DNA from: a virus
Taxonomy: Duplodnaviria; Caudoviricetes
Length of the DNA stretch: 64,000 nt
Virus record (IMG/VR): IMGVR_UViG_3300033463_000051
Coordinates: 1-64,000 of that record
Strand: one strand, 5' to 3'
A program made the position numbers and the translations under genes. Positions 27,418-38,418 of this stretch are shown piece after piece. The notes under the pieces were generated by a model. The model was not told where the DNA came from, ran no database searches, and was given only the letters and a program-made list of their open reading frames with translations. Each line of letters starts with the position of its first letter. The stretch's first letter is position 1.

Positions 27418-28017
27418 ATGGCTAAGAAAGAGAAGAAGGTTTCTGTAACGGTTTTCGAAAAGACAGTTAATGACAATTATAGCGAAAACACTACTACGAT
27501 AGACTGGAACGGCGTTGAAGTTGATATCAAGCCAACGCTATCTTTACAGGAAATGCTGTTGTTTGTTAATGAGGTAGCGGACAGTTGTTTTATAGAATCT
27601 GAATCCGGAACGGAGATGTATATGCCTGAGCTGTTTGATTTTGCACTCAAATGTGCCGTTGTGGAAATATATTCAAACATTACTCTGCCGTCAAATACCG
27701 AAAAGAGATATGAGCTGCTATATAAGTGCAAAGTTTACGAAGACATCTTAGATAGGGTTGATATTGGCCAATTTGAGCGTATGGTACATGCCATCCATAA
27801 AAAAATTGATTATAAAATAAAGGTTACGGCGTCTGGTGTTGAGGCGCGTATAAATAGTTTCATAAACGAATTAAATAATATCGGAAACGGCATTAATGAG
27901 ATTTTTAGCGGCGTATCAAAAGAAGATGTTTCCGCTCTTATGAACTCAATGACGAACATGGGGATTGATGAGGATAAACTTATAAAGGCAATTTATAAAA
28001 CTAAGCTAGGTGATTAG
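27418..28017 (+). CDS. Tail-module hypothetical protein (chaperone candidate)
   Basis: RBS AAGGGAGG before ATG 27418. Confidence 0.6.
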   Translation: MAKKEKKVSVTVFEKTVNDNYSENTTTIDWNGVEVDIKPTLSLQEMLLFVNEVADSCFIESESGTEMYMPELFDFALKCAVVEIYSNITLPSNTEKRYELLYKCKVYEDILDRVDIGQFERMVHAIHKKIDYKIKVTASGVEARINSFINELNNIGNGINEIFSGVSKEDVSALMNSMTNMGIDEDKLIKAIYKTKLGD

Positions 28018-28651
28018 TATGATCTATTGGGATAGCATTAAGGGCAAGGTTGCCGAAGCAATTAACACTCCGAGCAAAAGGCAGGAAATAACGAGAAAGG
28101 TCGATGGTTATATGCTCGGAACAGAGTCTATATCGGCAGATGGTGCGACTCAGTTTAATATTAAACCATTAAATGAAACTGCGGAAATGTTTATTTCAAC
28201 AATGAAAGATGAAATATCCAGGCTCGAGATATCCAGGCTGGCCGCAAAGGCTATAAGCAATATTAAAAGTCAGAAGCCGTATGTTTTAAGCACCAGTAAC
28301 TCGAGTCCCAGAAAGTATGTTATAACTATCTATTTTGACGGGAAATTAGAGAGGGATTCTTTGTTCTCTGAATATACAAATAAGGATGGTATCACAAAAG
28401 AAGGGTATCCTGACGGTGTCGACAATATTGTTGCGTTATTAAACGCCGGCTATTCCGCAAGGCGGTCTGTATATGGAGTCTGGAATAAAAACGGCAGAGG
28501 GGGCTCTAAAGGTGAACGTATCCCAAGCTTGAAAGAGCGTCCGGGTACATTTTTCATTCAATCATCTGTAAAGAGTTTTGAAGAAGGCCATAAAGGCGAA
28601 TGCGGTATTCTTGAGATTAGGATTAACCCGAAATACGAAGGAAAAGGATGA
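28010..28651 (+). CDS. Tail-module protein upstream of the TMP (tail completion candidate)
   Basis: ORF and position only. Confidence 0.55.
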   Translation: MISMIYWDSIKGKVAEAINTPSKRQEITRKVDGYMLGTESISADGATQFNIKPLNETAEMFISTMKDEISRLEISRLAAKAISNIKSQKPYVLSTSNSSPRKYVITIYFDGKLERDSLFSEYTNKDGITKEGYPDGVDNIVALLNAGYSARRSVYGVWNKNGRGGSKGERIPSLKERPGTFFIQSSVKSFEEGHKGECGILEIRINPKYEGKG

Positions 28652-28739
28652 TGGAGCAGTAATTCTGTTGTTCCAAAAGTATTACATAATAAAAAGATTG
28701 GCTTAATGCCAATCTTTTTTTAAGAGGTGGTGAGATTGA

Positions 28740-31700
28740 GTGACATCTAAAGGCGGCGGTAAAGCCGATGTTTTACTAATTGTTGGGGCTGACGTTTCTC
28801 TAAGTGTCAACAAAATGAAAGAGGACGTCAAAACAATAATAAGCCAGTTTGATGATAATCCGCCAAAGATTAAGGTCGGCGTTGATTTTGTAGGTAAATC
28901 TGTTGATGACTTTAGGAAGGAAGTTAGACAGGCATTTGGCAATATAAATAAATCTGCGTATCCTGTGATTCTATCCCTCGAAAGAATCGACGAACTCCTT
29001 AAGACGATCAGTAAGACATCACTAAAAATAAACTTAAAATACGAAAGCCCAGAAAAGAACCTTACTAGATTAAATGAATATAGGGCTATTATTTTACAGT
29101 ACCTTGCAGAAGCGAAAAACGAGTCAGTAGATAGCGCCAGCGAGGCGGGCGCATCGGTAGAAGAAGTCGTTCGCAAGGTATTTTCCATTTTAATCCCGGG
29201 CCTGGAAGATGTGGTTCCAAAAGTAACCAGCGTATCTAAAGCGGTCGAACAAACAACCTCAGATGTTAAGGGAGCATCTCAGGCTATGGACGAGATGCAG
29301 GGTTCTATACAAAGAACGTCCGCTGCTTTGCAAGAAGCCGATTCAACCGTCGTAAGTTCCGGGGATAAGATAGAAAACTTTAAAGAAAAAGTAATCGGCA
29401 TTGGAGATCTTGGCGTTGACGGTGTATCCAGGATATCTGACGCGTTATCGAAATTTGGTGTTGATCAAGGAGCTGCGGATGCAACTGCAAATAAGTTTAA
29501 AGACTTAGAAGGCCAAATAACCAACGCCGCAATTCGCGTAAGAGACTTTGGAAAAGAAGGCAAACAGGTTGCAACGGTAACTGTTCGCGCCATGAATGAA
29601 ACCGGAGCCTCTTTTGATAGGGTTATTAAATACGTTAAAGAAGTAGATAAAGAAACTGGCAACCTAATGACCCGTATATACGAAGAGAAGAGCGCTAATG
29701 TCCCGTTTGGCAATATAGTTACACAGGCGGAACTTGCGAAACAGAACCTTAAATCGTTTGGAGACGTTGTTAAGAACTATTATAATTCTCTCTCTTCGAT
29801 AATGAATCTTAATAATAAAGGTGCCGACATAACCCGCGGAAGCGACGGGTTGTTCTACTCCCCTAGTGGTGGTTTTTCTAGTGCAATAGATGCGGCAAAT
29901 GAAAACTATCAAAAATTAATTAACTCGCTTACCGTTTTAGAGGATCTTAAAAATCGGGGGATTCTTACCGATGAGCAATTAACAGACGCCTATGAGTCGC
30001 TGCGTGTGGCGATAAGAGAAACGAATACTGCCGCCGAGAATAAATCCGGACTGGCAAGCATTGCTGATAAGGCTATGACTGCCAAGAGTGCAATTAAGGG
30101 GCTCATAGACGCAAACGCAACATATTATAAGGCATTACAGGATATTTACACACTTAACCAGAGCGGGGCCAACATAGCCAAGGGAGAGAACGGACTGTTC
30201 TATTCGATGAGCGGTGGTCATGACGATGTAATCAACAGAGCGAATCAAGCCTATCTTGACACTATAAAATATCTCGACACGCTAAAAACGATGCGCGAGC
30301 AAGGGATAATAACAGAAGAGCAAGAAAGGGCCGCGGTCGAATCGTTAACCGCAGCTCGTGAAGCCTATAATATTTCGATTGATAAAAAGAATACGGCAGC
30401 TGCCGCTAAAGCTCAGGCAAGCGCAGAAAAAGAAGCGGCCAAAGAAAGCTCGGATGCATTTAAGGCCGCGAAAGAGGCCGTAGATAACTATTATAACTCC
30501 ATAATCAAGCTTGCAAATGCAAACAAAAGAGGAGAGGTCTCCATCAATCCCGTCACACATGAAGTATCTGTATCAGACGGGGCAACCCAATACTACGCCG
30601 AAAAGACCGCTGCGATTCAAGATAACCGCGTCGCAATGGACGATCTGTTATCTACGGAGAACCTTCTCAAACTATCAGAAGAGCAACTTTATGAATTATT
30701 TGACCATATTATAGCCAAGCGCAAGCAATTAAAAGAGGCGGTCGAAAGTAACGCCAACGCCAATAGACTAGATAACGACTTAATAAATAATTACTACACA
30801 ACTTTAAACAATGCCAAGATGGCATTAGATAGATATTCTCAGGCGCAGAATAGCGGCAGTCAGGCAACTAGAATGGCGTATGACAATCTTTCCCGAGCGA
30901 TAACCGAACTAGAAGCATTTGATAGTTCGGTTGAAAATGGAACGGCTGACACTAATTTACTCCGAAACGCTCTTACAAATGCGCTCAGAGCTACGAAGGA
31001 ATTGGGGCTTGAAGCACAACGTAGTGGCGACGGTTTTAAAAAGTTTGGGTCAGGCTTAGCAGGCGTACAGAATCATTTAGCCTATATGTTTAGTTCCGTA
31101 AGGATCTTTATGGCCATAATCAGACAGATGCGGCAGATGATCACCACGGCAATCGAATTAAATGACGCTATGACACAGCTCCAGGTCGTTACTGGTGAGA
31201 GCGATAGGGTCATGGAAAGATTTGGCGATACTGCCGCTGATGTTGCCAAAAAGGTTGGCGTAAGCATTTCTGACTTTGTAGATAGCGCGACGACATTTGC
31301 AAGACTTGGATATACGTTAGAAGAGTCTGCTAAACTGTCAGAGTATACGACGATGTTGCAGAACATCGGCGATATTGATGTTAAGGACGCACAAGACGCT
31401 GTTACCGCTATTGTCAAGGCTTACGACGTAGGAGTAGACGAGGTAGAGTCCGTAATGGACAGACTTGTGAAGGTTGGTAACAACTTCCCGATTTCTGTCA
31501 GCCAAATAGCCACGGGCATGAATAACGCTGCTTCGTCCCTCGCTGCTACAGGAAACACCCTAGAGGAATCTATAGCACTTTTAACTGCTGCAAATACAAT
31601 TGTTCAGAATGCGGCAAAAGCATCTACGGGTTTAAGGACGATCTCCGCAAGGCTGCGTAATACTACAACTGACCTAAAAGAACTTGGCGAGGACATGACT

Positions 31701-34700
31701 GAAGCGAAGTACCAGAAGGTCGTTAGCGCTCTTACGGACATGGGCGTTTCACTTACCGATGTAAACGGACAGTATTATAGTACGTATAAAATAATGTCCG
31801 ATATTGCGGCCAAGTGGGGCGACTTAACAAGTATGCAAAAGTCTGCTCTTGCTACCCAGATTGCGGGCACAAGACAGCAGGCTATATTCTATTCTATTAT
31901 TGAACAATTCCAGGAAGCGTCGGGCGCGATGGATGCGATGAATGATAGTGCGGGCGCGCTATCATCGGCCTACGACATCTATATGGAAAGTATGACCGCT
32001 CATATTAACCAATTCAAAGCGGCGTTCCAAGAGATGGCATCAAAGGTGGTTCAATCCGGACTGGTAAACGATGTTGTTGATACCGGCACATGGCTGCTTG
32101 GAATAATATCTAAAATACTTTCAGCCGTTAGGGATTTAATAAATCTCTTAGGCGGGATGAAACCGGCAATAATCATCTTCCTTACCCTATTTGCTACAAG
32201 CAAAATCATTGCCTGGACTGCAGCCATTAAGAATGCAGGAGGTCTTGCTGCATGGTTCGGTAACATATTGGATAAAGATGTCGCCGAAGGAGCTACTGCT
32301 AGTGCGAGTGGCATGGCCAAACTAGCAGACGCCATTGGAATAACAAAAGTCGAGCTAATGGGTATTATGGCGGCTATCGCTGCAGTTATTATTGTACTCA
32401 ATTATTTGTCTCACGCCTATGATCGCCAGAAGCAGAAGTTAGAGGAGTCTAGGCGTGAATATGAGGATACGAAACACGAATTGGAAGATGCCGAGGCTGA
32501 GTTAAAAAGTATAGGCGAACGAATCGATGAAATCAATAGCAAAGATAATCTAACATTTACAGACAAAGAGGAGCTTGCTAATCTTCAGGCGCAGAATAAT
32601 GAACTTGAAAGAAGCATAGCACTACTCCAAGCCGAATCAGCATTACAGAGAGAGAAAGCCAGCAAAGAGTACACGAAGACTACAGATGCTTATTTATCTC
32701 AGGTTTCCGACGGTTATTACGACGAAGAGGGGAATTATATAATACCTACACGCGAGGAATCAATTCCCAAATTGATGCAGGACTATAAAAATAACCTTCG
32801 AGAGATAGCACAGCTTGACGCACAGTATGCTAATGACTTGCAAAATAAGACTTATATATCCAGCAGGAAGCTCTTGACGGATGAAAACGAGAAATTTATA
32901 AATAGTCTTTATAAGATGCAGCATGAATTGAGTGATTTAGCCGAGGGGGAGCAATACTATTTAAATCCAACTACCGATTGGCAAAAGGCTACAAACGAAA
33001 GGCTCGATTTTTATAATGATCTCGAAGATAAAATAGCGATTCTTGTTGGTGGGGACGGTGCGAAATTTAACGCGTTCAAGCGTCTCCTAGACAACTGGAA
33101 GTTTGATGACGCAACCAAGAGTTTGGAGATGCTCGGTAAGCAGGGCGGCGTAACCGCCGAAATGTTGGACGAGATGCTTGACTCTGATGAGGAGTTCAGT
33201 GAATTTGTAGACCATCTGGTTGAACTAGGAGTTATATCCCATAGAGATACGTTTGGGTTAGAAGAACTTGCCCTTGCATTTAACAGCCTACACGAAGAAT
33301 CCGAGAGTGCTAGTGGTGGCATTAAAGATACGATTACTGAAGCCGGCGACCTTTCTGTTATGCTTACAAAACTTCAGACGGCTTATGACTTAGTCAAAAC
33401 TGCTCAAGATGAAGTGTTTAAGGGCGACGGTATTTCAGCCGGAACGATAAAGTCGGTTAAGGAAGCATTGGCCGATACCGAAGAGGACTACCTTGATTAT
33501 CTTTACGAAGAAAATGGCGTTATTAAACTTAATACTGAGGCGTGGCTTGAATACTGGAGTGCTCAGGCTAATAACGACATTACTTGGCTTGAGCAGCAAA
33601 TAGACCTTCTGGAGAGGCAACGAGACGCAATACTCGCAGCCGCCGAGGCCGGACTTCCAGTAGATGGCGATACGCTCACCTATATTAACTCTCAACTCGA
33701 TGAGCTTAATAGTAGGCTAAATATTACGAGAACCGCTTTCGAAGATGTGTTTGATCCCCTTCAAAACTGGAAGGAATTTGCCGATATGTTCTCGGATGTG
33801 GCCGACAAATTAAAGCCACTTGCTGACATTCAAGAACTTGTTAAGGACGGTTTTATTGTCGCAGCAGACAAGGCAATGGAGCTTGCCAAAACATATCCGC
33901 AAATACTTGAATCTGCTAAATTAACAGCAGATGGTCAGATTGAGTTAAATGAGAGCGTAGTTAACGATTTTATTGCTGGCGAAGAAGCCAGAGCAAAGGC
34001 CGATGTTGACGCAAAAATTATTCAAACCGAGGCTGAGCGAAATCTCCTTCTCGCCAAAAGAGATTATCTCGAGGCCCAACTGTTGATGGCACAGGCCGTT
34101 GCTTCCGGAGAGGGAGAAATATCACTAGCGGAAGCAAGATATAAAATCGAACTTGGAGCAGAAGTATTAAGACTAGCCCAAGAGCGCATGAACAGCGAAG
34201 AAGAGGCATATGCTTTAGCGACACAAGCAATGAGTCTAGATGCAGCAGGCCTGAGTTCAGACATAGCCACTGCGGCAAATGATATATTAGATAACTACAT
34301 AGAATCCTTTGCCGGAAGCGCAGACTCATCACAGAAAAACGTCACTATAATGAAGAGCAACATTAAGGCGTTATATGAGGCTTCGAAATCTACTGCGCGA
34401 CAAATTAAAGCAATGGCCAATGGAGAGATCGTTCAGTTTACCGATACGGGAACCGGAGGCGGAAACAGATCTAAGACCAGCAACATCTGGGCAGACACGT
34501 CGTGGATCTATCCCGGGAACTCGGGAGGCGGAACTGGGAACTCGGGAGGCGGAACTGGACATATTGATCCGAATCTATGGAAGGACGATTCCTGGATTTA
34601 CGGTGGTTCTGCAGGAGAAGGTGCCGATAAAGCGCTTGAGTATTTAGATGAGTTACAGAATTCAGCTATAGAGAAATATTTTAACGAATATATTGCCGAA

Positions 34701-36716
34701 CTAGAATCTAAAATTGCTGATATTAATACTGAGCTTGATGAAAAGAATAAATACTTAGACGCCCTTAATACCCTAAAGAATGTTGGTCTTGATGCCTTTA
34801 AATCTAAAACAAAGGGGTCTGGAGGCGGCGGCGGTTCGAGCGGAAAGGGAACTACGTGGTTCGAAGTACAGTACAAGATTCACAAACATCTTCTGGAAAT
34901 GGATCAGGAGGAAACCGCCGACTATCTCGAATGGCTAGACGAAGCGTATCAAAAGGCATACGCCGAGGGAATAATCGAACTTGATGATTATTATAAGTAT
35001 CAGGCCGAAGTCTACAAAGGGCTGCAAGATCTCTTTAAAGAATATCTTAGTGATGTAGAGAACGAGATATCCTTACGCGAGCATTTTGATGGCGAAAGCA
35101 AAACCATAATCTCAAAATATCAAGAACTAATCAGAAAAGTAGAAGATGAGCTTAAAGCTGCCCGCAAGCGAGGCCTCGACGACGATGACGATTATATTCA
35201 GGAACTCAAAAAGAATCTAATAGAGTATGCAGACGCAATTAAAGAGATTCAGGACGACATTAAGGATAACGCAAAGGATACCGTAGAAGACTTGGTCGAC
35301 CTTCGCGTCAAAATGCTTAAGGACGAAATAAATCGTCAGAAGGAAGCCCTAAAGAGCGAAAAAGATGCCCTTAGCGAAAGGCTCAATTTCTGGAAGGACT
35401 TCTACGATAAGCAGAAGAATCTTCTGAAGGAACAGCAGGACGACGAAAAATACTACGAAGAGCAGGCCGAGAAACGCAAATCCGTTACAGATCTACAGGC
35501 TCAACTCAATCAACTTGAGTATGATAACTCTGCGTGGGCTCAAAAGCGTAAACTCGAACTTGCCGAAGAACTTGCAGATGCACAAAAGGAACTCGATGAT
35601 TTCGAGAGAGACCACTCGTACGAGGTTCTGGAGAAAGAACTCGATGACCAATACGCTCAAAAAGAAGAGAAAATCAAACTTCGTCAGGATGAAATCGACG
35701 AAGAGATTGAACTGCTTGAACAGCGTGCAGATGCCGAAAAGTCTCTACGTGTGCAGGCGCTTGAAGATATTCGCAATGGGTCGCAGGATCTCTACGATGA
35801 ACTCCTGCTTTGGAATCAGGAGTACGGCGATGGCATAAACGATACCGTAACTAAAGCATGGGAAGAAGCGTACAAGGCTCTTAAAGAATATAGAGATTTG
35901 TACGACGAGCCGTATGAAAACATAACGCTTGCGAATGCAACGGGATATGTTTCTCAAACTGGGTCGTATGACACATCTAATGTTAAGAACGAAGCAAGCA
36001 GTGGGAAGCCGCAGGCTCCGGCTCGACAGACTACGACATCAGCAGCCAAAACAGAGGAAAAGAAAGAGGAAAAGAAAGAGGAAAAGAAAGAGTCCTTCCC
36101 TTACGGGAAAGCCTCTGATACGACCGGATATATACAGCAAGGCAGTAGCGGTAAAGCCGTTAAAGCAATCCAGTACGCCCTCAACCAACTTGGCTACGGT
36201 AACTCCGGCACCAAAGACGTTGACGGCATCTTCGGATCCGGCACTAGGAGTGCGGTCATCTCTTTCCAAAAGGCTATGGGTATCCTTGCCGATGGTATCG
36301 TCGGCCCCGACACCCGCAAAAAGTTTAAGTCAAAAGGCTATGCTTCTGGTACGAGTCATGCTACAGCGGGTCTTCACGCAATTGATGAACTCGGCACCGA
36401 GACTATCTTCCAGTCGGCAGATGGTACAAAATACAAATTGTTCACCGGTGGCGAAAAGGTTCTTAATGCGAAGTCGAGTGATTTCTTGTACAAGTTCGCA
36501 ACGAACGGAGCGGCGATTCTTGGCAATCTTCTTACCGGAGGATCTGGCAAGAGTGCTCTCGCTGGCTTAATGCCTTCTATCAACCAGAATCAGATAGATA
36601 TGGGAGATATTATAATTCAAGGCAATGCGGACAAGGCAACCGTATCCGAGATACGCAGAATCAAGCGCGACACTTTGGATACGATGCTAAAGGAGCTCAA
36701 CAGATTAAACAAATGA
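28740..36716 (+). CDS. Tail tape measure protein (TP901-type core) with C-terminal peptidoglycan-binding domain
   Basis: 2658 aa, helical; ELNDAMTQL..FARLGY..VGNNFPIS..TGLRTISARL core; AVKAIQYAL..DGIFGSGT..FQ..DGIVGPDT; GYASGT. Confidence 0.92.
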   Translation: MTSKGGGKADVLLIVGADVSLSVNKMKEDVKTIISQFDDNPPKIKVGVDFVGKSVDDFRKEVRQAFGNINKSAYPVILSLERIDELLKTISKTSLKINLKYESPEKNLTRLNEYRAIILQYLAEAKNESVDSASEAGASVEEVVRKVFSILIPGLEDVVPKVTSVSKAVEQTTSDVKGASQAMDEMQGSIQRTSAALQEADSTVVSSGDKIENFKEKVIGIGDLGVDGVSRISDALSKFGVDQGAADATANKFKDLEGQITNAAIRVRDFGKEGKQVATVTVRAMNETGASFDRVIKYVKEVDKETGNLMTRIYEEKSANVPFGNIVTQAELAKQNLKSFGDVVKNYYNSLSSIMNLNNKGADITRGSDGLFYSPSGGFSSAIDAANENYQKLINSLTVLEDLKNRGILTDEQLTDAYESLRVAIRETNTAAENKSGLASIADKAMTAKSAIKGLIDANATYYKALQDIYTLNQSGANIAKGENGLFYSMSGGHDDVINRANQAYLDTIKYLDTLKTMREQGIITEEQERAAVESLTAAREAYNISIDKKNTAAAAKAQASAEKEAAKESSDAFKAAKEAVDNYYNSIIKLANANKRGEVSINPVTHEVSVSDGATQYYAEKTAAIQDNRVAMDDLLSTENLLKLSEEQLYELFDHIIAKRKQLKEAVESNANANRLDNDLINNYYTTLNNAKMALDRYSQAQNSGSQATRMAYDNLSRAITELEAFDSSVENGTADTNLLRNALTNALRATKELGLEAQRSGDGFKKFGSGLAGVQNHLAYMFSSVRIFMAIIRQMRQMITTAIELNDAMTQLQVVTGESDRVMERFGDTAADVAKKVGVSISDFVDSATTFARLGYTLEESAKLSEYTTMLQNIGDIDVKDAQDAVTAIVKAYDVGVDEVESVMDRLVKVGNNFPISVSQIATGMNNAASSLAATGNTLEESIALLTAANTIVQNAAKASTGLRTISARLRNTTTDLKELGEDMTEAKYQKVVSALTDMGVSLTDVNGQYYSTYKIMSDIAAKWGDLTSMQKSALATQIAGTRQQAIFYSIIEQFQEASGAMDAMNDSAGALSSAYDIYMESMTAHINQFKAAFQEMASKVVQSGLVNDVVDTGTWLLGIISKILSAVRDLINLLGGMKPAIIIFLTLFATSKIIAWTAAIKNAGGLAAWFGNILDKDVAEGATASASGMAKLADAIGITKVELMGIMAAIAAVIIVLNYLSHAYDRQKQKLEESRREYEDTKHELEDAEAELKSIGERIDEINSKDNLTFTDKEELANLQAQNNELERSIALLQAESALQREKASKEYTKTTDAYLSQVSDGYYDEEGNYIIPTREESIPKLMQDYKNNLREIAQLDAQYANDLQNKTYISSRKLLTDENEKFINSLYKMQHELSDLAEGEQYYLNPTTDWQKATNERLDFYNDLEDKIAILVGGDGAKFNAFKRLLDNWKFDDATKSLEMLGKQGGVTAEMLDEMLDSDEEFSEFVDHLVELGVISHRDTFGLEELALAFNSLHEESESASGGIKDTITEAGDLSVMLTKLQTAYDLVKTAQDEVFKGDGISAGTIKSVKEALADTEEDYLDYLYEENGVIKLNTEAWLEYWSAQANNDITWLEQQIDLLERQRDAILAAAEAGLPVDGDTLTYINSQLDELNSRLNITRTAFEDVFDPLQNWKEFADMFSDVADKLKPLADIQELVKDGFIVAADKAMELAKTYPQILESAKLTADGQIELNESVVNDFIAGEEARAKADVDAKIIQTEAERNLLLAKRDYLEAQLLMAQAVASGEGEISLAEARYKIELGAEVLRLAQERMNSEEEAYALATQAMSLDAAGLSSDIATAANDILDNYIESFAGSADSSQKNVTIMKSNIKALYEASKSTARQIKAMANGEIVQFTDTGTGGGNRSKTSNIWADTSWIYPGNSGGGTGNSGGGTGHIDPNLWKDDSWIYGGSAGEGADKALEYLDELQNSAIEKYFNEYIAELESKIADINTELDEKNKYLDALNTLKNVGLDAFKSKTKGSGGGGGSSGKGTTWFEVQYKIHKHLLEMDQEETADYLEWLDEAYQKAYAEGIIELDDYYKYQAEVYKGLQDLFKEYLSDVENEISLREHFDGESKTIISKYQELIRKVEDELKAARKRGLDDDDDYIQELKKNLIEYADAIKEIQDDIKDNAKDTVEDLVDLRVKMLKDEINRQKEALKSEKDALSERLNFWKDFYDKQKNLLKEQQDDEKYYEEQAEKRKSVTDLQAQLNQLEYDNSAWAQKRKLELAEELADAQKELDDFERDHSYEVLEKELDDQYAQKEEKIKLRQDEIDEEIELLEQRADAEKSLRVQALEDIRNGSQDLYDELLLWNQEYGDGINDTVTKAWEEAYKALKEYRDLYDEPYENITLANATGYVSQTGSYDTSNVKNEASSGKPQAPARQTTTSAAKTEEKKEEKKEEKKESFPYGKASDTTGYIQQGSSGKAVKAIQYALNQLGYGNSGTKDVDGIFGSGTRSAVISFQKAMGILADGIVGPDTRKKFKSKGYASGTSHATAGLHAIDELGTETIFQSADGTKYKLFTGGEKVLNAKSSDFLYKFATNGAAILGNLLTGGSGKSALAGLMPSINQNQIDMGDIIIQGNADKATVSEIRRIKRDTLDTMLKELNRLNK

Positions 36717-36732
36717 ATACACTATGCAAAAA

Positions 36733-36756
36733 GGGCTCCCTGCAATATGGGAGCCC
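36733..36756 (+). terminator. Hairpin after the TMP gene
   Basis: GGGCTCCC-tgcaatat-GGGAGCCC. Confidence 0.45.
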
Positions 36757-36801
36757 GTTGATATATAAAGTACTTTTATTCAGGAAGGAGCGTGATAAAG
36801 T

Positions 36802-38418
36802 ATGGCCGATATATATGGCTCGTATTTCGAATACGGCGGCGTGAGGTCAACGGATTATAACCTTATTATTTCAAATGTAGATACAGACCGTGTTACTCAA
36901 CTTGCGGGCGATATTGAGGGTTCAACCATTTTTAATCGCGCCGAGATAAAAAGGTATTTGATAGACGACGACTATTCGGGGTCTCCCCTTTCCTTTGATG
37001 TTGAGATAACTACACCGGACGGCAGTACTATTCCCTTTCAAGAACGTAGACAGATAGAACAGTGGCTGTTTAACAGGCACAATTACAGAAAGTTCTATGT
37101 TGATTTAGTGGAGAATCCCCCTGACGAGGTCTATGAGACGGAAGAATCGGTATTCACTGTGGTACCTACCACAACGCTTAATTCGACTCACGGGTATGGC
37201 ACCGGATACTATCTGCCCGGAGCTACCTTTGATTGGGACACCAGTACCGTGGAACATACTTCCAGATATCGTCTCTACGTTGACGGCAAACGTCAGGCTG
37301 ACCTGATTCCTTACGAGACAACTTATGATGAAACTCAAAAAGTTTGGCTGTCGGAGAAAGCGTTGATAGACGACCCAAATAATGCTAAGGCTTCCGATGC
37401 GTGGCTTGTTACACATATTACAAGCCCGTCATCCGCTACGGTTATTTATCCTCCGGATGGAGCCGGTCTTGTAAGTAAGACGATTCAGATAAACCGGGTC
37501 AGCGATGAGTATGGAGAAATGTTCAACGTAGATACAAGTAAGGCATATACTACATGGCTGAAATCGAGGGCTAATAGTACACATTACCCGGGAAGGTATT
37601 ATTATCAAGATTATAGTTTACCTCCGACATTTGCGTTTGACATGAACGAGAGATATATGCTCGTTGTAGGAGATAACAAGCCAATATTTTTCCGTCCGTT
37701 CCAGATAACGTATTTAGAGCCGTATTTCAATTCACCCACTGAGGTCACATATGTTTGGATCGCAAGTGATTCAAGATGCGGGGATGGCGATTGGATCGTG
37801 ACGAGGCAGTATTCCTATGAAGATTCGAGGTACTACATTTATTTCTATCCCCCAATGATTGGGCCGCAATCAACCGCAACCAGAAACGCTATGGATGCGA
37901 TGTATTTAAACAAACCGGTAAGGTTGTATAAGATTAATAAATTCTATTTAAACTGCCGCCTTATTAATGCGGAACGACTTGAATACTATAATGGAATTGT
38001 AGGGTACAGGGGTACGCTTGAGTCCGACAGCAATATGTGGTGGCAGGATGAGAACACTCAGACATTTAACATTAACAATGCGTCATCGTCTACTATCACG
38101 CCCATTACAGTATCCGTGGACAGCGACCTGGACGACTATATCTATCCACAAATTACTATCACCACGGGCGACAGTACATCGGACGTTTCTTTATGGAATA
38201 CATCCGATGACAGTTCTCGGTTAACTACTTTTAATAATATAAGCGCGGGTACTACGATAGTAATCAAGGGCGGCGTTAACTACCTCTCCCCTGCTTCGGC
38301 GTATAATTCGTTTTATAATAAAAACTTCCCGCGTCTTATTAACGGAAATAATATCATTAATGTGGAGGGGCTTGTTAATTCTGTAAGTGTAACCTTTAAC
38401 AACAGGAGGAATTTGTAA
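36802..38418 (+). CDS. Distal tail protein (Dit) with large internal insertion
   Basis: FEYGGVRSTDYNL start, IEQWLF, FPRLINGNN end; first gene after the TMP. Confidence 0.75.
   Translation: MADIYGSYFEYGGVRSTDYNLIISNVDTDRVTQLAGDIEGSTIFNRAEIKRYLIDDDYSGSPLSFDVEITTPDGSTIPFQERRQIEQWLFNRHNYRKFYVDLVENPPDEVYETEESVFTVVPTTTLNSTHGYGTGYYLPGATFDWDTSTVEHTSRYRLYVDGKRQADLIPYETTYDETQKVWLSEKALIDDPNNAKASDAWLVTHITSPSSATVIYPPDGAGLVSKTIQINRVSDEYGEMFNVDTSKAYTTWLKSRANSTHYPGRYYYQDYSLPPTFAFDMNERYMLVVGDNKPIFFRPFQITYLEPYFNSPTEVTYVWIASDSRCGDGDWIVTRQYSYEDSRYYIYFYPPMIGPQSTATRNAMDAMYLNKPVRLYKINKFYLNCRLINAERLEYYNGIVGYRGTLESDSNMWWQDENTQTFNINNASSSTITPITVSVDSDLDDYIYPQITITTGDSTSDVSLWNTSDDSSRLTTFNNISAGTTIVIKGGVNYLSPASAYNSFYNKNFPRLINGNNIINVEGLVNSVSVTFNNRRNL

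Noticed and set aside
27418-28740. Programmed -1 frameshift for tail chaperones before the TMP
   Set aside because: The A7 run near 27798 is not an in-frame X XXY YYZ heptamer; no convincing slippery site seen.
35929-36570. 213-aa alternative-frame ORF inside the TMP 3' end
   Set aside because: No RBS; composition reflects frame-shifted reading of a C-ending codon-biased region.
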